Source: Thermoproteus sp. (GTDB lineage Archaea > Thermoproteota > Thermoprotei > Thermoproteales > Thermoproteaceae). Taken from it: DNA of 64,000 bases. Location: contig JBMFIG010000002.1 in the NCBI GenBank assembly GCA_049976425.1, forward strand, positions 57,078-121,077, given 5' to 3'. Both the position numbers and the translations under genes were made by a program. The notes under the pieces were generated by a model. The model was not told where the DNA came from. It saw nothing but the letters and a program-made list of their open reading frames with translations, and did not search any database. Numbering within the stretch: position 1 is the first letter of the stretch; every line of letters begins with the position of its first letter. Below, in pieces: positions 16,591 through 27,577 of this stretch.

Positions 16591-18307
16591 GGACGTAGTC
16601 CTCAAATACGCCCTCCTAAACGCGGTCAAGTACGGAGGACGTGCCGAGCCTAAGGCGGTTATGTCCAAGATTATGGCCGAGCGGCCGGATTTGAGGTCAA
16701 GGGCGCGGGAGATCAAGGCGCTTGTGGATTCCGTGGTCGAGAAGGTGAACTCCATGGGCCTCGAGGAGCAGAGGGCGTTGCTGGCGTCCAGATGGCCGGA
16801 GGCCCTCGAGGAAAGGAAGGAGAAGGCGGAGAAGAGGCCGAGCGTCGAGGCTCTGCCGCCTCTGCCGGAGGTGGATCAGTCCAAGGGGGTCGTAGTAAGG
16901 TTCGCCCCAAACCCCGACTTCGTGCTCCACCTAGGTAGCGCGCGGCCCGCCGTACTGAACTACGCCTACAAGCTCAAGTACGGGGGGAGGTTCGTCCTCC
17001 GTTTCGAGGACACGGATCCCAGGATAAAGAAGCCGTTGGTGACCGACGAGGTGAACGCCTACGAGGCCATAAGGGAGGATCTGAGGTGGCTTGGCGTCAA
17101 GTGGGACGAGGAGTACATCCAGTCGTCTAGGATGGAGATCTACTACGAACACGCCAGGAGGCTGATAGAGCTCGGCGGCGCCTACGTCGATCTGTGTAAG
17201 CCGGAGGAGTGGCGCAGACTCAGAAACGCGGGCAAGGCTTGCCCGCATAGAGACGCGTCGGTTGAGGACAATCTGGAGCTGTGGGATAGGATGCTCCGCG
17301 GCGACTTCGGAGAAGGCGAGGCGGTTCTGAGGGTAAAGACCGACCTAGCGCATCCTGATCCCAGCGTGAGGGACTGGGTGGCCTTCAGGATAATAGACAC
17401 GGACAAGACCCCCCATCCTCTTGTGGGGTCCAAGTATAGGGTATGGCCCACCTACAACTTCGCCGTGTCTGTAGACGACCACTTGATGGGCATCACCCAC
17501 GTGTTGAGGGCGCAGGAACACAGCGTGAACACAGTCAAACAGTCGTTTTTGTTCAAGCACTTCGGCTGGAGGCAGCCTGTCACTATACACTTCGGGAGGC
17601 TTAAGATAGAGGGCGGCTCCTTGAGCAAATCAAAGCTCAAGGCCTTGAGAGTGAGGTTCGACGACATAAGCATGCCGACGCTCTCGGGCTTGAGGAACCG
17701 GGGAATACTCCCGGAGGCCATATGGGAGCTGATACTGAGCGTCGGCATAAAGCCGTCCGACTCCACGGTCTCCATGGCGAATCTCCTCGCAATAAACAGG
17801 AAGATCCTCGACCCCATCGCGGATAGGTATATGTTTGTGCCGGATCCGGTGCGGCTATCGTTGGATCTCCCCGCGAAATTCGCCGTGAGGCTTCCCCAAC
17901 ATCCCAGCTTCCCCGAGCGCGGCCACCGCGTCTACGAGCTGGGGCCCGGGCGCGTGGCCGTCTACATATCCAGAAGGGATGCGGAGCAGGGCGAGTTCAG
18001 GCTGATGGAGTTCGTCAACGTCTCCGCCCGAAAAGTCGGCGAGGACGAATACGTAGGCGAGGTGGTGGGCACCACTATCGATGAAGCGCGCAAGCGGAAG
18101 ATGCCCATAATACAGTGGGTGCCCGACGGATCGCCTGAGGTCGTCGTGGTCAAGCCAGTGGCGGTGGGCAAGAAAGTGGAGGAGCGCGGCTTCGTGGAGG
18201 CCAAGGCGCTGGAGCTCGGGGAGGGCTCGGCGGTGCAGTTCGTGCGCTACGGCTTCGTCAAGCTGGCGTCCAGGAAGGATAGGTTGTTCACCTACATACA
18301 CGAATGA
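16577..18307 (+). CDS. gltX: Glutamate--tRNA ligase
   Basis: RFAPNP, HLGS (HIGH), RFEDTDP, LSKS (KMSKS); archaeal N-terminal domain. Confidence 0.97.
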   Translation: MESLEDVVLKYALLNAVKYGGRAEPKAVMSKIMAERPDLRSRAREIKALVDSVVEKVNSMGLEEQRALLASRWPEALEERKEKAEKRPSVEALPPLPEVDQSKGVVVRFAPNPDFVLHLGSARPAVLNYAYKLKYGGRFVLRFEDTDPRIKKPLVTDEVNAYEAIREDLRWLGVKWDEEYIQSSRMEIYYEHARRLIELGGAYVDLCKPEEWRRLRNAGKACPHRDASVEDNLELWDRMLRGDFGEGEAVLRVKTDLAHPDPSVRDWVAFRIIDTDKTPHPLVGSKYRVWPTYNFAVSVDDHLMGITHVLRAQEHSVNTVKQSFLFKHFGWRQPVTIHFGRLKIEGGSLSKSKLKALRVRFDDISMPTLSGLRNRGILPEAIWELILSVGIKPSDSTVSMANLLAINRKILDPIADRYMFVPDPVRLSLDLPAKFAVRLPQHPSFPERGHRVYELGPGRVAVYISRRDAEQGEFRLMEFVNVSARKVGEDEYVGEVVGTTIDEARKRKMPIIQWVPDGSPEVVVVKPVAVGKKVEERGFVEAKALELGEGSAVQFVRYGFVKLASRKDRLFTYIHE

Positions 18308-19278
18308 GGCTCCTCTTCGACGCACTCACCCCTAAACAAGCCAGGATAGCGTCTCTGTTGAGGCTTGAGGGAGGGCTCGATCTGGCCATCACCTGCAGGG
18401 AGTACTACCACGTCAAGGATATGCTCGACCGATACGCCGTGGAGTATAGATGTATAGGCAAATACGGCGAGACTCCGTACGAGAAGCTGGTCGAGGGACT
18501 ACGGCGCCAGCTAGAGCTCGCGGAGCTGGTGAAGGGGCTCGACGGCGTCTTGTCGTTCCCGAGCCCGGACGCGGTGAGGGTGGCCTTCGGCCTAGGCAAG
18601 AAGTCGGTGGTGCTCAACGACACCCCACACGCCTATCACGCCAACAGCTTGACGATACCTCTATCCGAGTACTTGATAGCCCCCGCCGCGATACCCGAGG
18701 ACGCGTGGAGGCCCTACTGCCCCAAACGCGTCGCGACCTTCGACGGCCTCTTCGAGTACATGTGGGTCTCTCGCCATCGCCCCAACATAGAGACGGTCAG
18801 AGGGCTGGGGCTGGAGCCGGGGCGTTACGTGGTCTTCAGACCGGAGGAGGCAAAGGCCGCCTATTACAGATGGAACAACGCAGAGTTGAGGCGCAAGCTC
18901 GTGGACCTGGTCAGAGAGTTGGGGTACACGGTGGTCAACGTGCCCAGATACGACGACCAGATAATCGAGGGCGCAATTAATTTAACCAAGGCAGTCGACC
19001 ATCTAGATCTCGCCTACTACGCGGCGGCCGTGATCACCGGAGGCATGACCATGGCGACTGAGGCGGCCTTGCTGGGGACGCCGGCTCTGTCCTATTTTCC
19101 CGAAACCCTCTACGTCGATACGTACCTCAAGGACAAAGGCGCCCCCCTGCACAGGTGCAGAGATGTCGACGGATGCGCGGCGGAGCTGAAGAAGGCCCTG
19201 GACGAGGGTAGAAAGCCGGCGGTGAGGCTCGAGGATCCCATAAAGCTAATAGTCGACATCGCGCATGCCGTGTTTTAA
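18304..19278 (+). CDS. DUF354 family GT-B fold protein
   Basis: [40 protein letters not shown]. Confidence 0.85.
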   Translation: MRLLFDALTPKQARIASLLRLEGGLDLAITCREYYHVKDMLDRYAVEYRCIGKYGETPYEKLVEGLRRQLELAELVKGLDGVLSFPSPDAVRVAFGLGKKSVVLNDTPHAYHANSLTIPLSEYLIAPAAIPEDAWRPYCPKRVATFDGLFEYMWVSRHRPNIETVRGLGLEPGRYVVFRPEEAKAAYYRWNNAELRRKLVDLVRELGYTVVNVPRYDDQIIEGAINLTKAVDHLDLAYYAAAVITGGMTMATEAALLGTPALSYFPETLYVDTYLKDKGAPLHRCRDVDGCAAELKKALDEGRKPAVRLEDPIKLIVDIAHAVF

Positions 19279-19337
19279 AAGCTCCTTATGCCTATATTGA
19301 AGCTCAAGCTTTATATGTCCCAAGCATCTAACAGTCG

Positions 19338-19718
19338 ATGGGCGTGCGGTCTGTGGCTCTTCTGAGAGTCGGCAAGGATTTCGGCGTTGTTATGTTGGAG
19401 ATGAAGGTGGTGGGGCTGAGAGAGCTCGACGAGGAGCCCAGAGACGTCGTTGGGGATATGCTCGAGATAGAGAAGGAGGTGCTCCGCATTATGCCCGAGC
19501 TGTCGTCCATGTCGCATTCCGACGCCGTGGTGGAGGACGGAGGCAGGAGGTTCTACGTGGCCAGGTTCTACCTCAACAATGCCAGAGTTGAGTACGTCCT
19601 CCTCATATCGCCTAAGAACAGCTTGAGGGGCTTGATCCGCAAGTTCGTGGAGCAGGGGTGGTCCGTTAAATTCCTCGTCGAGAAGAAGACCGCCGCAAAG
19701 AAGCCCTATTGGAGATAG
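19338..19718 (+). CDS. Hypothetical protein
   Basis: 126 aa ORF with typical codon usage, TTTATAT box upstream; convergent overlap with AK6. Confidence 0.7.
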   Translation: MGVRSVALLRVGKDFGVVMLEMKVVGLRELDEEPRDVVGDMLEIEKEVLRIMPELSSMSHSDAVVEDGGRRFYVARFYLNNARVEYVLLISPKNSLRGLIRKFVEQGWSVKFLVEKKTAAKKPYWR

Positions 19719-20259
19719 ACTCAAGACGCTCCAGAAATCCGCTCTTCAGCGAATAGGCAAGCCAGTCGACTTCCTCGTCGATGCATGCGCCATTTCTGAG
19801 ACAGTTGACAACTGCCTCGGCCGTCTGTAGGCTGGATCTGTTGGTCACGTCTATCTGGTATATATCTCCCCATTTGCCCCTCGCCTCGACGTATATGTAG
19901 TCGAGGAGTTCAGCCCAGACGTTGTCTAGGATCTTGTGGAGGGGCCACCTCCTGTCTGCAAGATCCTTGAAGAGCACGTCAGGCCTCTTCCTGAGGACGA
20001 AGACCCGGTCTACGTCATCCACGATATCCAACACGTGCGTATCCAGTATGTAGTCGCCCGTTAGCTCCTTCGCGAGCTCCTCGCGGGCGGCCTCCACATC
20101 AACTATATCATAGGTCAAGGAATGCGGATCCCAAGACGTAAACGGCTTGCCCGCGAGCACCGCGGCGGCCTCGACGCATTTGACGCGCAGTACTTGGGCT
20201 ACAGCTCTGCAGACTGTGGTCTTCCCGACCCCAGGGGTGCCGGTGATGAGGACCCTCAA
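19666..20259 (-). CDS. Atypical adenylate kinase AK6/Fap7 family
   Basis: LITGTPGVGKTT, ILDTH, R.W...KI.DNV.AE; TTG start 2 nt after asnS stop. Confidence 0.9.
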   Translation of the reverse strand: MRVLITGTPGVGKTTVCRAVAQVLRVKCVEAAAVLAGKPFTSWDPHSLTYDIVDVEAAREELAKELTGDYILDTHVLDIVDDVDRVFVLRKRPDVLFKDLADRRWPLHKILDNVWAELLDYIYVEARGKWGDIYQIDVTNRSSLQTAEAVVNCLRNGACIDEEVDWLAYSLKSGFLERLESISNRASLRRSSSRRGI

Positions 20260-20261
20260 GC

Positions 20262-21557
20262 TTAAGGATACTTCCTCCTTATATCTCTCGGAAACGGCAC
20301 GGCGTCCCTTATGTGGTCGAGCCCAGCTATCCACATGACGACCCTATCGACGCCCAGCCCGAAGCCCGAGTGGGGGACGGAGCCGTAGCGCCTGAGGTCG
20401 ATATACCACTGATAGTCCTTGGGGTTGAGCCCGAAACGCTCTATCTTGGACACGAGCTCCTTCTCGTCGTATATCCTCTCGCCGCCGCCTATAATCTCGC
20501 CGTACCCCTCGGGGGCCAACACATCGACGCTTAAAGTGACCTCGGGCCTCTGGGGATCGTTTCTGTGGTAGAAGGCCTTGACCTTCTCCGGAAATCCGTA
20601 GAGCTGTATGGGCCTATCGAACTGAAGAGTCAGTATACGCTCTTCGTCCGCGCCTAGGTCGTCCCCCCACTTTATGTCGACGCCCTTGGCCTTTAGTATA
20701 TCCACGGCCTCGTCGTACGACACCCTATGGAACGGAGGCTTGACCGCCTCCAGAGGCTCCGTCTTCCTGCCCAACAACTTCAGCTCATCGAGCCTCTCCT
20801 CCAGCACCTTGGAGACTATATAGGATATCAGCTCCTCGTTGACCTTCATGAGGTCGTCGAGGTGGTACCAAGCCATCTCGGCCTCTGCATGCCAGAACTC
20901 GGTCAGATGTCTCCTGGTACGCGACGGCTCGGCTCTGAAGCTCGGCGCGATGGTATAGACCTTCTCCAGGCTGAATATAAAGGCCTCTAGATAGAACTGC
21001 GAGCTCTGGGTCAGATACACGAAGTCGTCGAAGTAGGGCACCTTGAAGAGGGTAGCGCCGCCCTCGACAGCGGCGGTTATGAACATGGGCCCCTGCACCT
21101 CGTAGTAGCCCCGCGACCTGAAGTACTCGTGTATGGCTCCGAACACCGTGTGGCGTATCTTCAAGACGGCCTGCATTTTCCGGCTCCTCAGCCAGAGGTG
21201 TCTGACGTCGAGGAGGTACTCGCTGTCGGCTTGCGCCGCGTCCTCGTTTATGGGGTAGGGCGCGCCCTCGTAGTACCAGTCGACCGACTGGACGTGTAGC
21301 TCCTTGCCGCCAGGCGCCCTCGGCTCGTCCTTGATCAAGCCCGTGGCGACCAGCGACGACTCCAAGTTCAGCCTCTGTGCTACGTTGAAGGCCTCGGTGC
21401 CCCGCGCGAACACTAGCTGGAGAATGCCGGTGGAATCTCTGAGCACTATGAAGATCTTATCTTTCAACTCCCTTTTCCTGTACACCCACCCTCTCACGGT
21501 CACCGTGCCGGAGGATTTAAAGGCCTCCGCTATACTCACAGCGCGTCTATAGGCCAT
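20262..21557 (-). CDS. asnS: Asparagine--tRNA ligase
   Basis: RHLWLRS, YLTQSSQFYLE, FRAEPSRTRRHLTEF, KAFY, YGSVPHSGFGLG. Confidence 0.96.
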   Translation of the reverse strand: MAYRRAVSIAEAFKSSGTVTVRGWVYRKRELKDKIFIVLRDSTGILQLVFARGTEAFNVAQRLNLESSLVATGLIKDEPRAPGGKELHVQSVDWYYEGAPYPINEDAAQADSEYLLDVRHLWLRSRKMQAVLKIRHTVFGAIHEYFRSRGYYEVQGPMFITAAVEGGATLFKVPYFDDFVYLTQSSQFYLEAFIFSLEKVYTIAPSFRAEPSRTRRHLTEFWHAEAEMAWYHLDDLMKVNEELISYIVSKVLEERLDELKLLGRKTEPLEAVKPPFHRVSYDEAVDILKAKGVDIKWGDDLGADEERILTLQFDRPIQLYGFPEKVKAFYHRNDPQRPEVTLSVDVLAPEGYGEIIGGGERIYDEKELVSKIERFGLNPKDYQWYIDLRRYGSVPHSGFGLGVDRVVMWIAGLDHIRDAVPFPRDIRRKYP

Positions 21558-21558
21558 A

Positions 21559-21825
21559 TTACCTCTGTTGAGGAGCCTCCTTGTAGACGCCCACGATAAC
21601 TCCGTCAGGGCAGTCGTCGGCCTTTAGACCGACGTAGTCGCCATCCCTATATTCCCTAGTCTTCTCGCTACCGTCGCCGCACTTCACCACAGTGACCATA
21701 CGGCCCTCCCGCGGCCCGCCCCCCGCATCTATACGCTCGCTGGATCTCATGAATAGATACACCATCACGCCCAGTACCACGACAGCGGTTACGAACATGG
21801 CAATTAAGCCGTAGTCTATCGGCAT
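21559..21825 (-). CDS. Small membrane-anchored hypothetical protein
   Basis: N-terminal TM, two Cys in small beta domain; directly upstream of asnS. Confidence 0.75.
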   Translation of the reverse strand: MPIDYGLIAMFVTAVVVLGVMVYLFMRSSERIDAGGGPREGRMVTVVKCGDGSEKTREYRDGDYVGLKADDCPDGVIVGVYKEAPQQR

Positions 21826-21932
21826 AGAGTCCTAGAGATCCTAGTATTTAAGCTGAATTCTGCACGCAATACGTTATATGTGTAATTAAAATATTTTGAT
21901 AATATATAAATTTAAATTCATTTATAAATAAT

Positions 21933-22742
21933 CTATTTCCTAGACTCTAAAATACCAGCTTTTATATAATAAGCATCTCCATACCCCAGCACCTCGAGCA
22001 TCTCGTATAGAGATCTCACCGCGGAGAGCACTATAGTGCTGGATCTGCCCGCGGCGGCCGCCGTAGCGTATCTCACGTCCTTGCCCGCATGTTTTAGAGC
22101 GAAGGTGCCGGGCTCGTCGGAGTACATCCTGTCTATATACACCGAGCCTATGTCCTTGAAAACGGTCTGTTGCAGCAGCTCCTTGAACTGGCTCGGCGGT
22201 ATTCCGTGGGCGGCGGCCAGCGAGGCGGCCTCGCCTAGAACGGCCACTGTGCCTATTAGTAGGGAGTTGTAGGCCAGCTTAAGCACGACGGCCTTCTCGA
22301 ACTCGCCGACGTACATGACCTTGCCCAACTCGGCGAACAGCTTCGAATACCTCCCGTATACCTCCGCGTCGCCTCCTATTATGTATATGGCGTCGCCCCG
22401 CTCCACGTTTCCGGGCCCTCCAACCACGGGGGCCGCCATGACCTTAATCCCCCTGGCGGCAAGAGCTTTACGTGCCGCGTCGGCGCCCGCGAGGGAATAT
22501 GTGCCCATCAACGCGACGGCATCGCCTCCGACCTCGCTCACCAACGATAGGAGGGCCTCGTCGTCTGCGACGAACACGGCGGCAAGTCCCCGGGCCTCCG
22601 ACGGGCTCGATATAGGCGTGGCGGGGAGCCCCTCTAGCCTTCTACGCGTCCTGTTCCAGGCGTAGACCTTATGGCCTAATTGGGCCGCCCTTTTGACGAA
22701 GGCGGCCCCCATCCTTCCCGTGCCGATCACCGTCACCTCCAT
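21933..22742 (-). CDS. NAD(P)-dependent beta-hydroxyacid dehydrogenase family
   Basis: IGTGRMG, WNRT, APVVGG, LKLAYN, KDVRYA. Confidence 0.9.
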   Translation of the reverse strand: MEVTVIGTGRMGAAFVKRAAQLGHKVYAWNRTRRRLEGLPATPISSPSEARGLAAVFVADDEALLSLVSEVGGDAVALMGTYSLAGADAARKALAARGIKVMAAPVVGGPGNVERGDAIYIIGGDAEVYGRYSKLFAELGKVMYVGEFEKAVVLKLAYNSLLIGTVAVLGEAASLAAAHGIPPSQFKELLQQTVFKDIGSVYIDRMYSDEPGTFALKHAGKDVRYATAAAAGRSSTIVLSAVRSLYEMLEVLGYGDAYYIKAGILESRK

Positions 22743-22778
22743 GCAAGGCTTTTAACTAGGCGTAATATCTGTTTCGCC

Positions 22779-23819
22779 GTGGTGAAAATAGTGAGGGTGG
22801 ATCCGCTGAATCCGCGGGACGAGGATATAGCCGAGGCCGCCGCCGTTATAAGATCGGGGGGCCTCGTGGCCTTCCCCACAGAGACCGTGTACGGCCTCGG
22901 CGCCGATGCGTTCAACGCAGAAGCTTCGGCGAGGATATTTAAGGCCAAGGGAAGGCCGGCGGACAACCCCCTCATAGTCCACATATCCTCGCTGGACATG
23001 GCCCTCGAGCTAGGCGATATGCCGGAGAGAGCCGTCGAGGTTGCCAAGAAGGCGTGGCCGGGCCCGATAACTTTCGTGGTCAAGAAAAAGGCCGATCTGC
23101 CGGCGGTGGTCACGGCAGGCCGCCCGACGGTGGCGTTGCGCTGTCCCGCCCACCCCGTCGCCCTAAAGCTGATAGAGGCGGCCGGCACGCCTATAGCCGC
23201 CCCAAGCGCCAACAAGGCCGGGAGGCCGAGCCCCACCGAGGCCTCCCACGTGGCCGAAGACCTCGGCGACTCCGTCGACCTTATCTTGGACGCCGGCAGG
23301 ACGTTCTTCGGCGTGGAGTCCACCATAGTCGACGTGACGAGGGAGCCCCCGGTCCTTCTGAGACCGGGCCCATTCACCGTGGAGGAGCTGAAATCCTTAT
23401 TGGGCGAGGTGGAGATCCCGCCCTTCGCCAGAGGGCTGGGCGAGGCGGACGTGGCGCTCGCGCCCGGCATGAAGTATAGGCACTACGCGCCCGAGACTCC
23501 GCTGATCCTTGTCGACTTCGATCTGGCCTCTGCCGTGAGGGCGACCCACGAGCTGGGCTTAAGAGTGGCCGTTCTGTGCCTCGCCGGGAGGTGCGCGGAT
23601 GCCGACGCCGCGATCAACGTGGGGTCCGATCTGTACGAGATAGCGAAAAACCTCTACGACGCCCTCAGACGCGTCGACAAGGTAAAGGTCGACGTGGCGC
23701 TCGCGCCCACGGTGCCGGAGAGGGGGATAGGGCTGGCTATAATGAACAGGCTGAGGAAGGCCTCCGGCTTCAAGCTCGCCGCGACCGAGGAAGAGTTAAG
23801 GAGGCTCTTGAGGGGATGA
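22779..23819 (+). CDS. sua5: Threonylcarbamoyl-AMP synthase Sua5
   Basis: AFPTETVYGLGA, KGRPADNPLIVH, APSAN, PGMKYRHYAP, NRLRKAS. Confidence 0.96.
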   Translation: MVKIVRVDPLNPRDEDIAEAAAVIRSGGLVAFPTETVYGLGADAFNAEASARIFKAKGRPADNPLIVHISSLDMALELGDMPERAVEVAKKAWPGPITFVVKKKADLPAVVTAGRPTVALRCPAHPVALKLIEAAGTPIAAPSANKAGRPSPTEASHVAEDLGDSVDLILDAGRTFFGVESTIVDVTREPPVLLRPGPFTVEELKSLLGEVEIPPFARGLGEADVALAPGMKYRHYAPETPLILVDFDLASAVRATHELGLRVAVLCLAGRCADADAAINVGSDLYEIAKNLYDALRRVDKVKVDVALAPTVPERGIGLAIMNRLRKASGFKLAATEEELRRLLRG

Positions 23820-24586
23820 GCTGGGTCGACGAGTTCTTCGACGATATATATCGCGACTTCATGGAGCACTATAGGGGGCCTGAGATAAGCGCTAAGGAGG
23901 CGCGCTTCCTCGCCGAGGCTTTGGGCATAGAGCGGGGCAAGCGCTTCCTCGACGCCGCGTGCGGCCACGGGAGGCACATGCGGCATATGCCTCCGGACTC
24001 GGTGGTGGGCCTCGATATAAACATACGGTACCTCTCGGAGGCTAAGAGATACGGCGACGTCGTGGCCGCCGATTTGAGAATGCCTCCCTTCAGACGCCGT
24101 GCGTTCGACGGAGCCTACATAATGCACAGCACGCTGGGGATGTTCGGGGACGAGGAAGACTTGGAGATATTGATGTGGCTATCCGGCTCCATAAAGCCCG
24201 GCGGATCTCTCGCCGTGGATCTGGCCAACAGAGCGAAGGTGGACAAGGCGTACGCCGCGCTTGGGGAGAGCTGGAATATGTGGATATCCGCCGGCCCGTA
24301 CAAGGTCCTATCGGTGGCCGCCTACAATCCGCTGACTGGGAAGATAAGGGAGACCAGATACCTCTACAAAAACGGGAAGTATGTAGGGACGAGGACCCTG
24401 GAGCTTAGGCTGTACTCGCCGAGCGAGCTGGGCCTCATGTTGCGCAGTGTCGGCATGGCCATCAAGGCGGTCTATGGGGATTTCGACGGGTCGCCGTACT
24501 CGGACAACTCTGAGAGGTATATAGCGATCGCCGTGAAGACCGGCGGCGCTCCGGAGAATTTAAAGGCGGCGATATCCTGGCCGTAG
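23816..24586 (+). CDS. Class I SAM-dependent methyltransferase
   Basis: LDAACGHGRH motif I, LRLYS; ATGA overlap with sua5. Confidence 0.88.
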   Translation: MSWVDEFFDDIYRDFMEHYRGPEISAKEARFLAEALGIERGKRFLDAACGHGRHMRHMPPDSVVGLDINIRYLSEAKRYGDVVAADLRMPPFRRRAFDGAYIMHSTLGMFGDEEDLEILMWLSGSIKPGGSLAVDLANRAKVDKAYAALGESWNMWISAGPYKVLSVAAYNPLTGKIRETRYLYKNGKYVGTRTLELRLYSPSELGLMLRSVGMAIKAVYGDFDGSPYSDNSERYIAIAVKTGGAPENLKAAISWP

Positions 24587-24615
24587 CGTTATATTTACCC
24601 TCTGCAATTCTCCCT

Positions 24616-25482
24616 ATGCGGCTCTACTACTTCAAAAACGCCGAGGATTTGGCCAGGCAGATCGCGGGGACGTTGGGCCTAGACGCCAAGCTCGTCGAGG
24701 AGAGGGATTTCCCCGACGGCGAGGTTCTGGTGAGGGTGGAGCCAGCTAGGGAGGCGATTCTGTTGGCCCGGCTCTATCCCGACGTCAACAAGAACTTGGT
24801 TAAGCTGTTCCTGGCACTCGACGCCCTAAGCGACTACGGAGCCGACAGGGTGGTGCTCGTGGCGCCGTATCTCCCATATGCGAGACAAGACAGACGGTTC
24901 CGCGAGGGGGAGCCCATAAGCGTTAAGTTCCTTCTAGGCCATTTGAGGCAGTACCCCGTCTCGCACCTCATAGCCGTCGACCTCCACAAGCCCTATATCG
25001 GCGACTACGTGGCGGGCCTACGCGTCGTCAACGTATATCCAGCGGAGAAATACGCGGCGGCCGTTAGGAGGTGGAACGTGGACGTCGTCCTAAGTCCCGA
25101 CGCGGGATCCCTCCACAGAGCCGCGGCGTTGGCCGAGCTGTTGGGAGTGCCCTACAACCACTTCGAGAAGTTTAGGGATAGGGAGACGGGGGAGATCTAC
25201 ATGAAGCCCAGAGGAGACGTGAATCTCCAGGGGAAGTCGGTGGTCCTAGTCGACGATATACTGGCCACAGGCGGCACGTTGGTCGATGCGTGTAAAAACG
25301 CGAAGTTGTTGGGGGCATCCGCGGTATACGCCGTGGTTTCGCACTGCCAGTTGTTGGGCAACGCAAGGGAGAAGATCAGAGGTTGCGTAGACGCGCTCTA
25401 CTGCACCAACACCATACCTTGCGAGTACTCCAGCGTAGACATCTCGGAGGACCTCGCCAGGAGCATATCGGCAATCCTATAG
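24616..25482 (+). CDS. prs: Ribose-phosphate pyrophosphokinase
   Basis: FPDGE, PYARQDRRF, VDLH, SPDAG, VDDILATGGT. Confidence 0.96.
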   Translation: MRLYYFKNAEDLARQIAGTLGLDAKLVEERDFPDGEVLVRVEPAREAILLARLYPDVNKNLVKLFLALDALSDYGADRVVLVAPYLPYARQDRRFREGEPISVKFLLGHLRQYPVSHLIAVDLHKPYIGDYVAGLRVVNVYPAEKYAAAVRRWNVDVVLSPDAGSLHRAAALAELLGVPYNHFEKFRDRETGEIYMKPRGDVNLQGKSVVLVDDILATGGTLVDACKNAKLLGASAVYAVVSHCQLLGNAREKIRGCVDALYCTNTIPCEYSSVDISEDLARSISAIL

Positions 25483-26487
25483 CCGCCAGTATCTGGACTG
25501 GATAGACCTCACCTCGGCCAAGATCTTCGCCAACCTCCCCCATACCGAGTGGTCGCTGACGCTGGGCTCCTCGGGCGGGGCGCGGCCTAGGCTGGCCAGC
25601 TCCATCGCCAACATTTTAGACCCCTCCTTGAGCACGGCGTAGTTGTAGCCGCCCTCTAGAAGGAAGACCGCAGGCACGTTTAGGGAGAGCAAGGACCTAA
25701 CGGCGTACCTATACCCGTTGAGGGTGAAGCCCATATCGGCGAGTGGATCCTCCTTGTGCGCGTCCCAGCCCAACGACACTATCAAGACGCGGGGGCCGTA
25801 CTGCCTCAATATAGGCATGACGATCTCGTCGAAGATCTTCTTGAAGCCGTCGTCTCCTAGGCCAGGGGGCATGGGCACGTTGACGTTGAAGCCCTCGCCC
25901 CTCCCCCTCCCGACCTCGTCGGGGAAGCCGGTGCCCGGGTATAGGGTCAACGGATCCTGGTGCGTCGAGATATAGAGCACGTCCCTATCGTAGAGGATCT
26001 CCTGGGTGCCGTTGCCGTGGTGGACGTCTATGTCAACAATCGCCGCGCCTTCTCCATAAAGGGCCCCGACAGCCGCCGTGTTGAATATACAGAAACCCTG
26101 GGTGGGAGCCGTCAAGGCCCTTCCCGACCTGCCGGCGTGATGGCCGGGAGGCCTTGCCAATATGTAGGCGTGTTCCCTCGAATCCAACGCGTCGAGTATT
26201 GCCGACACGGCCGTAAGGGCGGCGTTGCACGTGCCGGGGGACACCCAAGTGTCGCCGTCTAGCTCCGTGAGGTTGCCCAAGCTACATAGATCCTCGATAT
26301 ACCTTATGTAGTCTCTGCCGTGCGCCGCCTCTAGACGTTGGAGAACGTCGTCTCTGGCGCGCGGGGCGACGAGAGGCGCGCCAGCCTCCCTAACCCCTTC
26401 TAGGGCGTAGTCGAGGCGGCGGGGGTTCTCGGGATGTCCGGGCCCGGTCTCGTGTCCCTTGAAGACGTCGTCGTAGTATACCCTCAC
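25477..26487 (-). CDS. Histone deacetylase-family Zn amidohydrolase
   Basis: HPENPRR, RPPGHHA, DVHHGNGTQ, DAHKEDPL, LEGGY. Confidence 0.95.
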   Translation of the reverse strand: MRVYYDDVFKGHETGPGHPENPRRLDYALEGVREAGAPLVAPRARDDVLQRLEAAHGRDYIRYIEDLCSLGNLTELDGDTWVSPGTCNAALTAVSAILDALDSREHAYILARPPGHHAGRSGRALTAPTQGFCIFNTAAVGALYGEGAAIVDIDVHHGNGTQEILYDRDVLYISTHQDPLTLYPGTGFPDEVGRGRGEGFNVNVPMPPGLGDDGFKKIFDEIVMPILRQYGPRVLIVSLGWDAHKEDPLADMGFTLNGYRYAVRSLLSLNVPAVFLLEGGYNYAVLKEGSKMLAMELASLGRAPPEEPSVSDHSVWGRLAKILAEVRSIQSRYWRL

Positions 26488-26543
26488 GGGATAGACCTAG
26501 CCATCTATTAAAGAGCAGTTGGTTTTATTTTAGCCGAAAGTAC

Positions 26544-26747
26544 ATGATGTTGAAGAGGAAAAAGAAGGAACTAGACGAGGATGAGGAGATCGAGAAGTTG
26601 CTCCGCGACGACGCGACCGCCGACGACGCGGCAGAAGGGAACGACGAGGACAGATACCTTAAGATTAAGATAGAGGTGGAGGGCCTCAGAGAATTGACGC
26701 AGGCATTGGAGGAGCTTGTAGAGGCCATAAAGTCGCGGGAGAAATAG
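26544..26747 (+). CDS. Small acidic hypothetical protein with C-terminal amphipathic helix
   Basis: 67 aa ORF with typical codon usage after T-rich promoter-like sequence. Confidence 0.65.
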   Translation: MMLKRKKKELDEDEEIEKLLRDDATADDAAEGNDEDRYLKIKIEVEGLRELTQALEELVEAIKSREK

Positions 26748-26856
26748 CGCACTGAGGCCCATATCGGCGGTTTGCGATATAAGGCGAGGCCGGGCGCCGG
26801 TTTTCTACAAAGGCTTGCTGGCGGAAATAACATAAAACGCGCTTTAAGCCCTACGC

Positions 26857-27573
26857 ATGGCCGTCGAGCCCTCCGATAAACTGACCGGAGCCGCCGGATC
26901 CCGAGGAGAGCTGGCTGACGCCGGGCAGACCGGCTGTGTGTTGCCCGTCGGGTCCTACGAACAACACGGCCCGTTCCTCCCGCCGACGGTCGACACGGAG
27001 ATAGCTATCTACGTGGCTCGGAGACTCGCCGAGAGGTTGGGCGCCCGGGTGTTGGAGCCTATCTGGTATACGTGTAGCAAAGAGCATCAAGATTTCCCTC
27101 CCACTATATACGTCGAGTGCGACGTCTTTCTATCGTATATAACCGGCGTTCTGAGAACTGCGGCTAAGTGGTGTAGCTACGTAGTGGTGGTGGCGGGACA
27201 CGGCGGCGTCGCAGACGTGGGGAACCTGGCGGCTTCGCAACTCGACTACGAGTTGGGGCCGAAAATACTCTGGCTGAACGTGTGGAGCCTGGCGGCCGTG
27301 AGGGATCACGCCGGCTCCGACGAGGCGAGCGTGTATCTAGCCATAGGCGGCAGGCTTATCGACACCCCTAGGGAGAGGGTATGCGAGGGCGACGTGCATA
27401 TGATGAGGTACTTACGGACGGCGTGGATGTCCCGAAGCGGCGTCGTCGGATGTATAGACCCAGCCGAGATCTCCGCGGAGAGGGGATCGACGTTGCTGGA
27501 AACAATAGTTGACAAGGCCTACCAACGGGCTAATGCTTTTTTATCCACAATTCGGGCCGTCTATCGTGCATAG
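26857..27573 (+). CDS. arfB: Creatininase-family FAPy deformylase (riboflavin pathway, ArfB-like)
   Basis: GSYEQHGP.LP..D, HGG, DHAG..E; first gene of riboflavin cluster. Confidence 0.8.
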   Translation: MAVEPSDKLTGAAGSRGELADAGQTGCVLPVGSYEQHGPFLPPTVDTEIAIYVARRLAERLGARVLEPIWYTCSKEHQDFPPTIYVECDVFLSYITGVLRTAAKWCSYVVVVAGHGGVADVGNLAASQLDYELGPKILWLNVWSLAAVRDHAGSDEASVYLAIGGRLIDTPRERVCEGDVHMMRYLRTAWMSRSGVVGCIDPAEISAERGSTLLETIVDKAYQRANAFLSTIRAVYRA

Positions 27574-27577
27574 CGTG

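Noticed and set aside
26755-26766. 12-nt antisense match (GAGGCCCATATC) to tRNA-Glu anticodon arm
   Set aside because: No D box follows and one such match is expected by chance in 64 kb
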